NCBI GenBank assembly: GCA_038043045.1 | Contig: JBBTCX010000101.1 | Coordinates: 373 to 64,372, forward strand | Length of the DNA: 64,000 nt | Direction: 5' to 3' | Source of the DNA: Planctomycetota bacterium | GTDB taxonomy: Bacteria > Planctomycetota > Phycisphaerae > UBA1845 | Part shown: piece by piece, positions 57,238 to 64,000 of the stretch | Numbering within the stretch: position 1 is the stretch's first letter | Layout of the letters: the number at the start of each line of letters is the position of its first letter | Made by a program: the position numbers and the translations under genes | The notes under the pieces: model-generated | Database searches by the model: none | Told to the model about the DNA's origin: nothing | The model's input: the letters and a program-made list of their open reading frames with translations, nothing else

Positions 57238-58509
57238 ATGACTACAACATCGTGGAACCAACATTCCTTTCGGCTACTCATTTCCATTGCGACATGCTCA
57301 CCCGTGCTTGGTGAACAAGCGAGACTCGAACCGATTGGAGTCTTGCCCGGTGGATACACTGCCAGTTTCGCCTTCGACATTTCGGCAAACGGTGAAGTCG
57401 TCGTTGGTTACTGTGACGCTACGGGCAATGTTGGTCAAGCATTTCGATGGACACTGAAGGATGGAATTGAAGCGTTGCCTTGGTTGACACCTGGAGTCGA
57501 TCAACGATCAGATGCCTACGCCGTTTCGGCGGATGGATCGGTCATCGTTGGTCGCGTTTCACAAACTGGTGGAACGAATTCCACCGCCGTCCGGTGGGAG
57601 AATGGTATCCCGATGTCTCTTGGTGCGCTCTGTACCGACAATCCGTACGGTTCTGGTAGTTACGCATGGGATGTTTCTTCCGACGGTCAGATCGTCGTTG
57701 GTTACAGCAATAGTTGCGGTTTCCGTTGGACGGCAAAGACCGGAATTCAACCCATTCCAACACCAGCGGGATTTCCGGGCACAAGTTGCGATGCACGTGC
57801 AATATCCGGTGACGGGACCACGATAGTTGGGTCTTGCGGCGCTTGTGGCGCATATCGATGGACTGAGGGTGCTGATCCACAATCGCAACATTTTCCAGGC
57901 GCGGTGTATACGGTCGTAACAGCCGTTTCCTATGATGGCCAAGTGCTCTTCGGAAATTACAACCTTCCGTTCGGAACGCGGTCATTTCGTTGGACGCCTT
58001 CCGAGGGGTTTCAAGACTTGGGTCAATTGCCCGATCAATCCGGGTCGACGAATGTGGAGGATTGTTCGTCCGATGGGTCGATGGTTGTTGGCACTTATTA
58101 CGCACTGGACGGCGACAATGCGTTTGTATGGAGTGAATCCACCGGACTTCAAAGTCTGCGAGATATTCTCACTGATGGTGGAGCGGAACTTTGTGATTGG
58201 AGGCTTTGGAATGCTTCGTCTGTTTCCGCGAATGGCACTCGAATCGTTGGATACGCTGATGACCCCGGCCCAATGCTGTACGACGGATATGTAGCCTTCT
58301 TGTCCGATGCACCGATGGAATGTTGCAACGGGTGTGACGATGGAAACTCCTGCACGGCGGATACATGCGTGAGCGGTTTTTGTGAACACACACCCGTGGT
58401 TCACGGGGACCTTGCTCCATGCGGCGGAGACGGCAAAGTCGACATCGATGATTTGATTTCGTTGCTCGAAGCATTCAAAGGTAATTCGCTTTGCGCCTGT
58501 ACGCCGTGA
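57238..58509 (+). CDS. HAF-family-like extracellular repeat protein with Cys-rich and dockerin/EF-hand-like C-terminus (element cargo)
   Basis: ORF 57010..58509, with an ATG at 57238. It contains ~40-aa repeats of the form A.A(V/I)S.DG..(V/I)VG.......AFRW....G...L. The C-terminus is CCNGCDDGNSCTADTCVSGFCEHT...GDGKVDIDDLISLLEAFKGNSLCACTP. Confidence 0.65.
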   Translation: MTTTSWNQHSFRLLISIATCSPVLGEQARLEPIGVLPGGYTASFAFDISANGEVVVGYCDATGNVGQAFRWTLKDGIEALPWLTPGVDQRSDAYAVSADGSVIVGRVSQTGGTNSTAVRWENGIPMSLGALCTDNPYGSGSYAWDVSSDGQIVVGYSNSCGFRWTAKTGIQPIPTPAGFPGTSCDARAISGDGTTIVGSCGACGAYRWTEGADPQSQHFPGAVYTVVTAVSYDGQVLFGNYNLPFGTRSFRWTPSEGFQDLGQLPDQSGSTNVEDCSSDGSMVVGTYYALDGDNAFVWSESTGLQSLRDILTDGGAELCDWRLWNASSVSANGTRIVGYADDPGPMLYDGYVAFLSDAPMECCNGCDDGNSCTADTCVSGFCEHTPVVHGDLAPCGGDGKVDIDDLISLLEAFKGNSLCACTP

Positions 58510-58514
58510 AAACG

Positions 58515-59408
58515 ATGCGCCTTTCGAATCAAAGATTCCCAACGATTTCGTTGTCAGAAATCCTCGACGTTGGGATGAAACAAGAGGTAAACCGAATTGA
58601 ACGAGTACACAGGCGATTTGCTCGCGTGGCGTTACGCAGGAACGACCTTACGCCAGATCAACGAAGTGTACTCGAAGTCGTAATGACGGGTGGAATCCCA
58701 GTAGATGGCCGGCTTTTCGAGAATAAGCACTACGAAAGAGTCCCTGAGCGGTTTTATTTGTTGAATCGTGCTGGAAAGACCGTCCGGCGATATGAGTCTC
58801 GCCGACTCGGTGTACCGTTGCATAAACCGCGCGCCTACGACGTAATCTTGAGAGAATTCTTCGGGGCGGCAAGAAAAATCGAACAACGCCCGTTTGGTGC
58901 TGCGCCGTCTTTCACGGTTGAAACTTTTTGGCCACAATCGATAGCGATGTATCTGGAGTTCCTGAGTACAGGTGTAAAGAATCAAGAAAAATACAATGCT
59001 TATGACATTGCGGACGTGGTAAAAAGATTGCAATGCGACGGCTTCGCGGCTGAACTCTTGAGGACACTTTGGCAAGAATGCCCGGAAGAAGCGAAGGAAA
59101 TGGGGTTGCCGAAGCCGCGTGGCGTGACTGCGGAAGAAAAACCGGCGTGGGCACGATTGGTCATTCATTCATCAAAGGGGGCTGACGACACCGCAGAACT
59201 TGATGGAAAGACATTCCGTCTCACCGGCGCAAACGATGCGCGGTTTCTCGAAACGCTTCAAGAACAAAAAGGCATGACGCTATCCGCAACTTCGCTTGGC
59301 GACGCAATAGATGAACGTCCCGATCGCGTCTACAAGAGGCTTAAGAAATCACTCCAGCGCATTATTGAGAAACCCGGAAAGGGTCGCAAGGGATATCGGA
59401 TGCTCTGA
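58515..59408 (+). CDS. hypothetical protein (~297 aa), no recognisable domain (element-borne)
   Basis: ORF 58491..59408, with an uncertain start (ATG at 58515 or 58575). The stretch looks AT-richer. The C-terminus is basic (KRLKKSLQRIIEKPGKGRKGYRML). Confidence 0.5.
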   Translation: MRLSNQRFPTISLSEILDVGMKQEVNRIERVHRRFARVALRRNDLTPDQRSVLEVVMTGGIPVDGRLFENKHYERVPERFYLLNRAGKTVRRYESRRLGVPLHKPRAYDVILREFFGAARKIEQRPFGAAPSFTVETFWPQSIAMYLEFLSTGVKNQEKYNAYDIADVVKRLQCDGFAAELLRTLWQECPEEAKEMGLPKPRGVTAEEKPAWARLVIHSSKGADDTAELDGKTFRLTGANDARFLETLQEQKGMTLSATSLGDAIDERPDRVYKRLKKSLQRIIEKPGKGRKGYRML

Positions 59409-59471
59409 CATTCGATGTACATACGCTGTACGTAGACTCATCTCGCATCGCGCCCCTATTGTTGGGGCATC

Positions 59472-59651
59472 ATGAAGAAGATAAAAACTCCGAGTTTGCC
59501 GGAACCCAAGGAAATTCGCCAAGAGATTGACTCGCTCAGGTCGCGCATAGGCGAGCTGAAAGCACTCCTGCGCGTTGCTGAAGTTCAGCAGATTTCGAAA
59601 CAACTTCGCTGCAAGTCTGAAGAGAGAATCCTTGCGGAGGGACGAACATGA
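59472..59651 (+). CDS. 59-aa coiled-coil ORF, translationally coupled to the Xis-like gene (not in the ORF track, below its size cut-off)
   Basis: Hand translation gives MKKIKTPSLPEPKEIRQEIDSLRSRIGELKALLRVAEVQQISKQLRCKSEERILAEGRT. Its TGA overlaps the next ATG (ATGA at 59648..59651). Confidence 0.4.
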   Translation: MKKIKTPSLPEPKEIRQEIDSLRSRIGELKALLRVAEVQQISKQLRCKSEERILAEGRT

Positions 59652-59962
59652 CCGCGATGCCAAAACTTGCGGGGAGTGAACCCGATCGGCGGGAAAACGT
59701 GGACGCGGGGAAGCGGTCGGGGATGGAACCGGCGAGCCGGGTGGAACCGCTGGCCGTGGATGCGAAGGCGTTGGCGGGGTTGATCGGCATATCCGTCCGC
59801 ACGATTCGAACGCACGACGCCGGTGGCAAGTTGCCGCGTGGCGTCCGAATCGGCGGAAGAAAAGTGTGGATCGTGGATGAAATCAAACGTTGGCTTGAGT
59901 CCGGCGCGCCGAATCGGGCGACGTGGGAAGCGATGAAGGGGAGCGCGAGTAAATTCAAATAG
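59648..59962 (+). CDS. excisionase/AlpA-type helix-turn-helix DNA-binding protein (HTH_17-like)
   Basis: LAVDAKALAGLIGISVRTIRTHDAGGKLPRGVRIGGRKVWIVDEIKRWLESG. Confidence 0.7.
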   Translation: MTAMPKLAGSEPDRRENVDAGKRSGMEPASRVEPLAVDAKALAGLIGISVRTIRTHDAGGKLPRGVRIGGRKVWIVDEIKRWLESGAPNRATWEAMKGSASKFK

Positions 59963-60020
59963 GCACAAAAAAGTACCCGCGATCGGCGGCAACCGAGAGC
60001 GCGGGCGAAAGCGATTAACC

Positions 60021-61556
60021 ATGAATCAGTATAGTCAAAAGCCGTCATCGTCACAAGTCGACGACCGACTCCCACCACATGATCCTGACGCGGAAAGGGC
60101 CGTCACCGTTTGTCTTGCCGACGTGGCACCTGAGCGGTTGACTTGGCTGTGGCCGAATAGAATACCGCTGGGCAAACTCACATTGATCGCCGGTGATCCG
60201 GGCCTTGGAAAAAGCTTCGTCACGTTGGATATGGCGGCGCGTCTTTCACGGGGCGAGCCGTGGCCGGACAGCCCGAATGAACCCGGAACCTGTGGATCAA
60301 CGATCATTCTGAGCGCCGAAGATGATCCGGCGGATACGATCGTTCCGCGTCTTATGGCGCATGGGGCCGACCTTTCACGAATTCACGCTCTTTCCACCGT
60401 AAAACAAAAGGATGGGAAGCTTTCGCCATTCAACTTGTCGCGCGATGTGCCTGTTTTGGAAAAGGCGATTCAGCAAGTCGGCGAATGCAAGTTGATCGTC
60501 ATCGACCCGGTGAGCGCCTATCTCGGTGGAGTCGATTCGCACAAAAACGCGGAGACACGCGGACTACTTGGACCATTGGCGGAATTGGCGGGGCGCCACC
60601 GCGTGGCCGTTGTCATGGTTACGCACGTGACCAAAGCCTACGGCGGAAAAGCGCTCTATCGTGCCACCGGTTCGTTGGCATTCATGGCGGCGGCGCGGGC
60701 CGGTTGGACGGTCATGGCGGACAATGGTGACCCGAAAAGGCGACTCATGCTGCCGGTCAAGGTGAATTTGGCTGAGTGGCCGACGGGTCTGGCATACAGA
60801 CTCGTTCCGCAATTCTTGGACGAAATCGGTGCGAACGTGGCGACTGTTGTTTGGGAGCCGGACCCGGTTGTTGTTCAAGCCGACGAAATGTTGCGGCGGG
60901 AAACGAACGCCAACGAAGGGCAGAAGCGCTCAACGCACACCGCGCGTGATGAATGTGCGGACTGGCTGGCCGCAAAGCTTGCTATTGGACCGGTTCCGGC
61001 GACGGTGATGGAAACCGAAGCGGATCAACGGGGATACTCTACTTCCACACTACAGCGGGCAAAGCGAAGGCTTGGTGTCGAAAGCAAAAAGATCGGCATG
61101 AAAGGAAAAGGCAGTTGGCATTGGCGTTTACCAAGCCACGAATCCGAAGGTGTTCACCATGCGGATGAAGATACTCACCCAAAAGATGTGAGTACCTTCG
61201 GGGCGGGTGAATACCTTCGCGTTATTGACCCCGAAAACGCGGGTTCCGAACCCCTGATAAGTGACCATCCCACCGAAGATACTCACCCACCGGGGGTGAA
61301 CACCTTCGGCGATGACCGTGGCAATTCTGAACCGCGCGATCGCTTGGGCAAAACCAAAACCGTTAATGGAAACGGACAACTTCCCCTTCCACTTCATCCG
61401 CGTGGGGAGGAATTCACCGGCTTGGTTCCGGTCGACATGACGCCGGAAGGGTATCTACTCGTACTCAAAGGCCGCGCAAAGCGAACCGACGATCCGCAAA
61501 CCGTTCGAAAGCTGCGCGACAGTGCCGCGAAGATTCGAAAGCTGATTCAGAAATAG
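60021..61556 (+). CDS. AAA_25 / RepA-like RecA-fold ATPase (replication-initiation type protein of integrative elements)
   Basis: LWPNRIPLGKLTLIAGDPGLGKSFVTLDMAARLSRGEPWP is the Walker A. LIVIDPVSAYLGG is the Walker B. The C-terminal third carries a repeated EDTHP..V.TFG peptide. Confidence 0.7.
   Translation: MNQYSQKPSSSQVDDRLPPHDPDAERAVTVCLADVAPERLTWLWPNRIPLGKLTLIAGDPGLGKSFVTLDMAARLSRGEPWPDSPNEPGTCGSTIILSAEDDPADTIVPRLMAHGADLSRIHALSTVKQKDGKLSPFNLSRDVPVLEKAIQQVGECKLIVIDPVSAYLGGVDSHKNAETRGLLGPLAELAGRHRVAVVMVTHVTKAYGGKALYRATGSLAFMAAARAGWTVMADNGDPKRRLMLPVKVNLAEWPTGLAYRLVPQFLDEIGANVATVVWEPDPVVVQADEMLRRETNANEGQKRSTHTARDECADWLAAKLAIGPVPATVMETEADQRGYSTSTLQRAKRRLGVESKKIGMKGKGSWHWRLPSHESEGVHHADEDTHPKDVSTFGAGEYLRVIDPENAGSEPLISDHPTEDTHPPGVNTFGDDRGNSEPRDRLGKTKTVNGNGQLPLPLHPRGEEFTGLVPVDMTPEGYLLVLKGRAKRTDDPQTVRKLRDSAAKIRKLIQK
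61144..61309. repeat. iteron-like cluster: four copies of GGTGA(A/G)(C/T)ACCTTCG(G)
   Basis: There are three direct copies: 61188..61201 (gtgagtaccttcgg), 61206..61219 (ggtgaataccttcg) and 61295..61309 (ggtgaacaccttcgg). One inverted copy lies at 61144..61158; ccgaaggtgttcacc is the exact reverse complement of the 61295 copy. In addition, a 35-bp direct repeat unit gaagatactcaccca...accttcgg occurs at 61167 and 61275. Confidence 0.6.
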
Positions 61557-61600
61557 TAAAAAATGCGCCCTTGACGGTGCGCCTAACATGAGGTATATTT

Positions 61601-61909
61601 ATGGATGGAATGGACACCAAGGCGAGAAGGGCATGGAATGCTATACGGGAATGCGTCGCACGCAAACGATACATCGTGCTGCCGCACTTCATCGAACGCA
61701 TGGACCAGCGCGGATATTTTTGGCCGGACGTGCTGGCGATCATCGATGAACCGACCGACGTGCGATCCGATGGGCTGGACCGACTCGACCGTCCGAAGTG
61801 GATCGTTTCCGGTAAGGCCGCCGCGCCGCTGGACGAAACGGTGGAAATCGTTTGTGTGCTCGACAAAGATGACCGTGGCCGCGTGACCGTGTTCATCACG
61901 ATTTATTGA
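61601..61909 (+). CDS. DUF4258-family toxin-like protein
   Basis: 102 aa. YIVLPHFIERMDQRGYFWPDVLAIID...RVTVFITIY fits the H..eRm..Rgi ... viTvY pattern I recall for DUF4258. Confidence 0.6.
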   Translation: MDGMDTKARRAWNAIRECVARKRYIVLPHFIERMDQRGYFWPDVLAIIDEPTDVRSDGLDRLDRPKWIVSGKAAAPLDETVEIVCVLDKDDRGRVTVFITIY

Positions 61910-61918
61910 GGAGTCATC

Positions 61919-62344
61919 ATGGCGACGAAGACCCGCAAGACCTGGCGACGTGGACGACCGAGAGCGGCGCAGCTCGATAACCCCGATCTTCCCTACACGA
62001 TGAAACTGCCCGATGGTCGCGTGCTGTATACCGAAGTTCCGGGCCGATGGGTGACGGCGGACCGCGATGGACAGGCGGCGTTGCTGCCCGATGGGGTGGC
62101 GTTTCTCGATAAGCTGCGAGCGTTGGCGATCAAGCTGGACCGTCCACCGACACCCGGCTACATCACGGCGCTTCGTGAAGGATTGGGACTGACCCAAGCC
62201 GAATTCGGTGAGCGGGTCGACGTGGATAAGATGACCATATCCCGATGGGAGCGTGGCACGCTTCGACCGAGTGAAGAATCCTTGGCGGCGGTGGAAAGCG
62301 TGCGACGTGAAGCCGTCCGAAGTGGCGTAACCATTCAGGCATAA
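61919..62344 (+). CDS. XRE-family HTH protein (putative cognate antitoxin)
   Basis: ITALREGLGLTQAEFGERVDVDKMTISRWERGTLRPSEESL. It starts 10 nt after the DUF4258 gene. Confidence 0.65.
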   Translation: MATKTRKTWRRGRPRAAQLDNPDLPYTMKLPDGRVLYTEVPGRWVTADRDGQAALLPDGVAFLDKLRALAIKLDRPPTPGYITALREGLGLTQAEFGERVDVDKMTISRWERGTLRPSEESLAAVESVRREAVRSGVTIQA

Positions 62345-62365
62345 GAGCGCGGGAGCAAGTGCAAC

Positions 62366-64000
62366 ATGGCGCGGATATATCGAAAGAGTTGGACAAAGCG
62401 GCTACCCGATGGATCGAAGGAAAAGACTCGTTCGCGGGCGTGGTACGTCGATTACCGGGACGTGGCGAGCGATACCGTGAAGACCGTGAAAGGCTACACC
62501 GACCGCAAAGCCACTGAACAACGCGCGGCGGAGTTGGAGCGAACATCCGAGCGGACAGCGGTGGGGCTGATTGATCGATTCGCCGAACATCGCAAGCGAC
62601 CGCTGACCGAACACGTTCACGACTTTCACCGTGCGCTACTCGCCAAGGAATGCACGGAAAAACAAGCCGACTTGTTGATGTCGCGGTGTCTGAGGGTGTT
62701 GGACGAATGCCGGTTTCGGTTTTGGCCGGAGATTTCGGCGTCAAGTGTTCAAGCGTCAATCGCGGAATTGAAAATCCGGCGTAAGGGAAAGACTTCCAAT
62801 GATCCGACGTTGCCGGTGAGCGTCCAAACGAAAAACTTCTACTTGGCGGCATTGAAACAATTCTGTCGGTGGATAGTCCGTGACGGTCGAGCGCCGGAGA
62901 ATCCCCTTGCCCACTTGCAAGGTGGAAACGTTCGCACCGATCGTCGCCATGATCGCCGTGCTTTGGAACCAGACGAATTGCGTCGGCTGTTGTCGGTTAC
63001 TGAAACCGGAACTACTCGCTACAGCTTGACCGGGCCGGATCGGGTGGCGCTTTATCGGCTTGCGGTCGAAACCGGACTCCGAGCATCCGAGCTGCGCTCG
63101 TTGACTTGGAACGACCTGAACTTTGCGGGTGCCGAACCGACGGTCACCGTCCGGGCCGCATATGCCAAGAATCGCCGTGAGGACTCTCTACCCTTAAAAC
63201 TCTCGACGGCGCAATCCCTTCGCGTCTGGCGCGATAAACAGGTCGGCGTGGACCGAATGGACCCGGTGTTCCCCACGATGCCCGCAAAGGGGCATGTTGC
63301 CGAAATGGTGAGGGCTGACTTGGATGATTCGGGAATCGTCTATCGTGATGACGCGGGCCGCGTGGTCGACTTCCACGCTCTTCGACACACCTTTATCAAC
63401 AACCTTGTCCGTGGCGGCGTTCAGCCGAAGGTGGCGCAAACGCTTGCCCGACATTCGACCATCACCCTGACGATGGACCGATACTCGCATACCAACCGTG
63501 GACAGCTCACCGACGCGCTATCGGCACTACCGGATTTGTCACTCGAACCCTGTGAAAAAGAAGTCGCGCTAGCCACCGGGACTGACAATCGCATCATCGA
63601 ATCCCGCGCTCAAAAAAGTATGCCGGAAAACCTGCCGTCCGCGCTGCCGTTTCACATGCCGGAACAGGGTTCACCGAATGCGTCGAGTATTGCATCGACT
63701 TGCACTTTGTCGAATGAATTACCGAAAAGCAAACGTGCGGAAAATCCTGGAAAAATAGGCGTTTCTCGCACTCCATCGCATCGTGTTGCATCGCAAAAGA
63801 ATCGGAGGAGGAGGGATTCGAACCCCCGGTACGGTTACCCGCACAACGGTTTTCAAAACCGTCCCCTTCAGCCGCTCGGGCACTCCTCCGTGAGTCAAAC
63901 CTGTCCGGTCGTAATGATCCACGAACCCCCGACCCGCGCGCGTCTGTTACCGCGACGGGGTCGGCGTGTTGCCATGTCGTGTCACCAAGGTCGCTCTTTT
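62366..64000 (+). CDS. tyrosine recombinase/integrase; reading frame open to the window edge (no stop in window)
   Basis: This is hand-translated and absent from the ORF track because it has no stop. It starts MARIYRKSWTKRLPDGSKEKTRSRAWYVDYRD. Box I is LAVETGLRASELRSLTWNDL. Box II is FHALRHTFINNLVRGG...LARHSTITLTMDRYSH, with the catalytic Tyr near 63485. The frame then continues through the repeat, antisense through the tRNA, and to position 64000. Confidence 0.8.
   Translation, partial: MARIYRKSWTKRLPDGSKEKTRSRAWYVDYRDVASDTVKTVKGYTDRKATEQRAAELERTSERTAVGLIDRFAEHRKRPLTEHVHDFHRALLAKECTEKQADLLMSRCLRVLDECRFRFWPEISASSVQASIAELKIRRKGKTSNDPTLPVSVQTKNFYLAALKQFCRWIVRDGRAPENPLAHLQGGNVRTDRRHDRRALEPDELRRLLSVTETGTTRYSLTGPDRVALYRLAVETGLRASELRSLTWNDLNFAGAEPTVTVRAAYAKNRREDSLPLKLSTAQSLRVWRDKQVGVDRMDPVFPTMPAKGHVAEMVRADLDDSGIVYRDDAGRVVDFHALRHTFINNLVRGGVQPKVAQTLARHSTITLTMDRYSHTNRGQLTDALSALPDLSLEPCEKEVALATGTDNRIIESRAQKSMPENLPSALPFHMPEQGSPNASSIASTCTLSNELPKSKRAENPGKIGVSRTPSHRVASQKNRRRRDSNPRYGYPHNGFQNRPLQPLGHSSVSQTCPVVMIHEPPTRARLLPRRGRRVAMSCHQGRSF
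63665..63867. repeat. right direct repeat of integrative element (attL-side), overlapping the integrase 3' region and nt 23-87 of tRNA-Ser
   Basis: See the left repeat. Identity ends at 63867 (R1 continues g, R2 continues t). Confidence 0.85.
63803..63889 (-). tRNA. tRNA-Ser (anticodon UGA), class II with long variable arm
   Basis: The reverse complement is GGAGGAGTGCCCGAGCGGCTGAAGGGGACGGTTTTGAAAACCGTTGTGCGGGTAACCGTACCGGGGGTTCGAATCCCTCCTCCTCCG. The 7-bp acceptor stem is GGAGGAG/CTCCTCC. The anticodon stem is ACGGT/ACCGT with loop TTTGAAA (TGA). It has a GTTCGAATC T-loop. CCA is not encoded. Confidence 0.9.

Larger units (their letters stand above)
56554..63867 (+). mobile_element. ~7.2-kb integrative element (genomic islet / satellite-like cryptic element) inserted in tRNA-Ser(UGA)
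   Basis: It is flanked by tRNA-derived direct repeats with a 7214-bp repeat period. It carries a tyrosine integrase adjacent to the intact tRNA, an Xis-like HTH, an AAA_25 Rep-like ATPase, a toxin-antitoxin-like pair and exoprotein cargo. All genes are co-directional. No capsid, relaxase or T4SS genes are present. Confidence 0.8.

Overview
This is a GC-rich bacterial chromosomal window, judged by eye rather than computed. Gene content suggests a Planctomycetota-like organism, which is an inference. There are four blocks.

(1) 0.1-9 kb holds exoprotein genes and a three-gene exopolysaccharide-type set. The set is a CapK/PaaK-like adenylating enzyme, a FemAB-like protein and a TIGR03087-like glycosyltransferase, and it follows a lone gcvH.

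(2) 9-21 kb holds housekeeping genes: a sigma factor, accD-rpe-pgk, gap, asnS, pcm and a DUF62 SAM hydrolase. Interspersed is a tandem pair of paralogous zinc-ribbon polytopic membrane proteins of unknown function.

(3) 21-50 kb is a very large co-directional flagellar supercluster with Bacillus/spirochaete-like fla-operon synteny. The order is TPR, FlgN-like, histidine kinase and sigma-54 activator, then a candidate sigma-54 promoter, then flgBC-fliEFGHIJ-ylxF-fliK-flgDE-flbD, then fliL-fliN-fliOPQR-flhBAFG, a small membrane protein and fliA. The cluster conspicuously lacks fliM and motAB. Its FliN carries a FliM/FliY-type EIDALL N-terminal peptide.

(4) 50-64 kb holds small orphan genes, dapF, an SSF symporter and a 790-aa Cys-repeat/YWTD-propeller exoprotein. 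It ends with a ~7.2-kb integrative element inserted in tRNA-Ser(UGA).

The element is the most unusual item:
- It is bounded by a 100-bp perfect direct repeat, which extends imperfectly to ~200 bp.
- It carries a tyrosine integrase whose reading frame has no stop inside the window. That frame runs through attL and the tRNA, and would be closed in frame by the opposite element end after circularisation.
- It also carries an Xis-like HTH, an AAA_25 Rep-like ATPase with an embedded iteron-like repeat cluster, a DUF4258/XRE toxin-antitoxin-like pair, and HAF-repeat exoprotein cargo.

Two distant exoproteins share an unnamed N-terminal domain and IPTL-CTERM-like C-terminal sorting tails. No CRISPR array, rRNA or IS transposase was seen. 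All calls rest on reading the translated ORFs and the DNA by eye. No database search was run.
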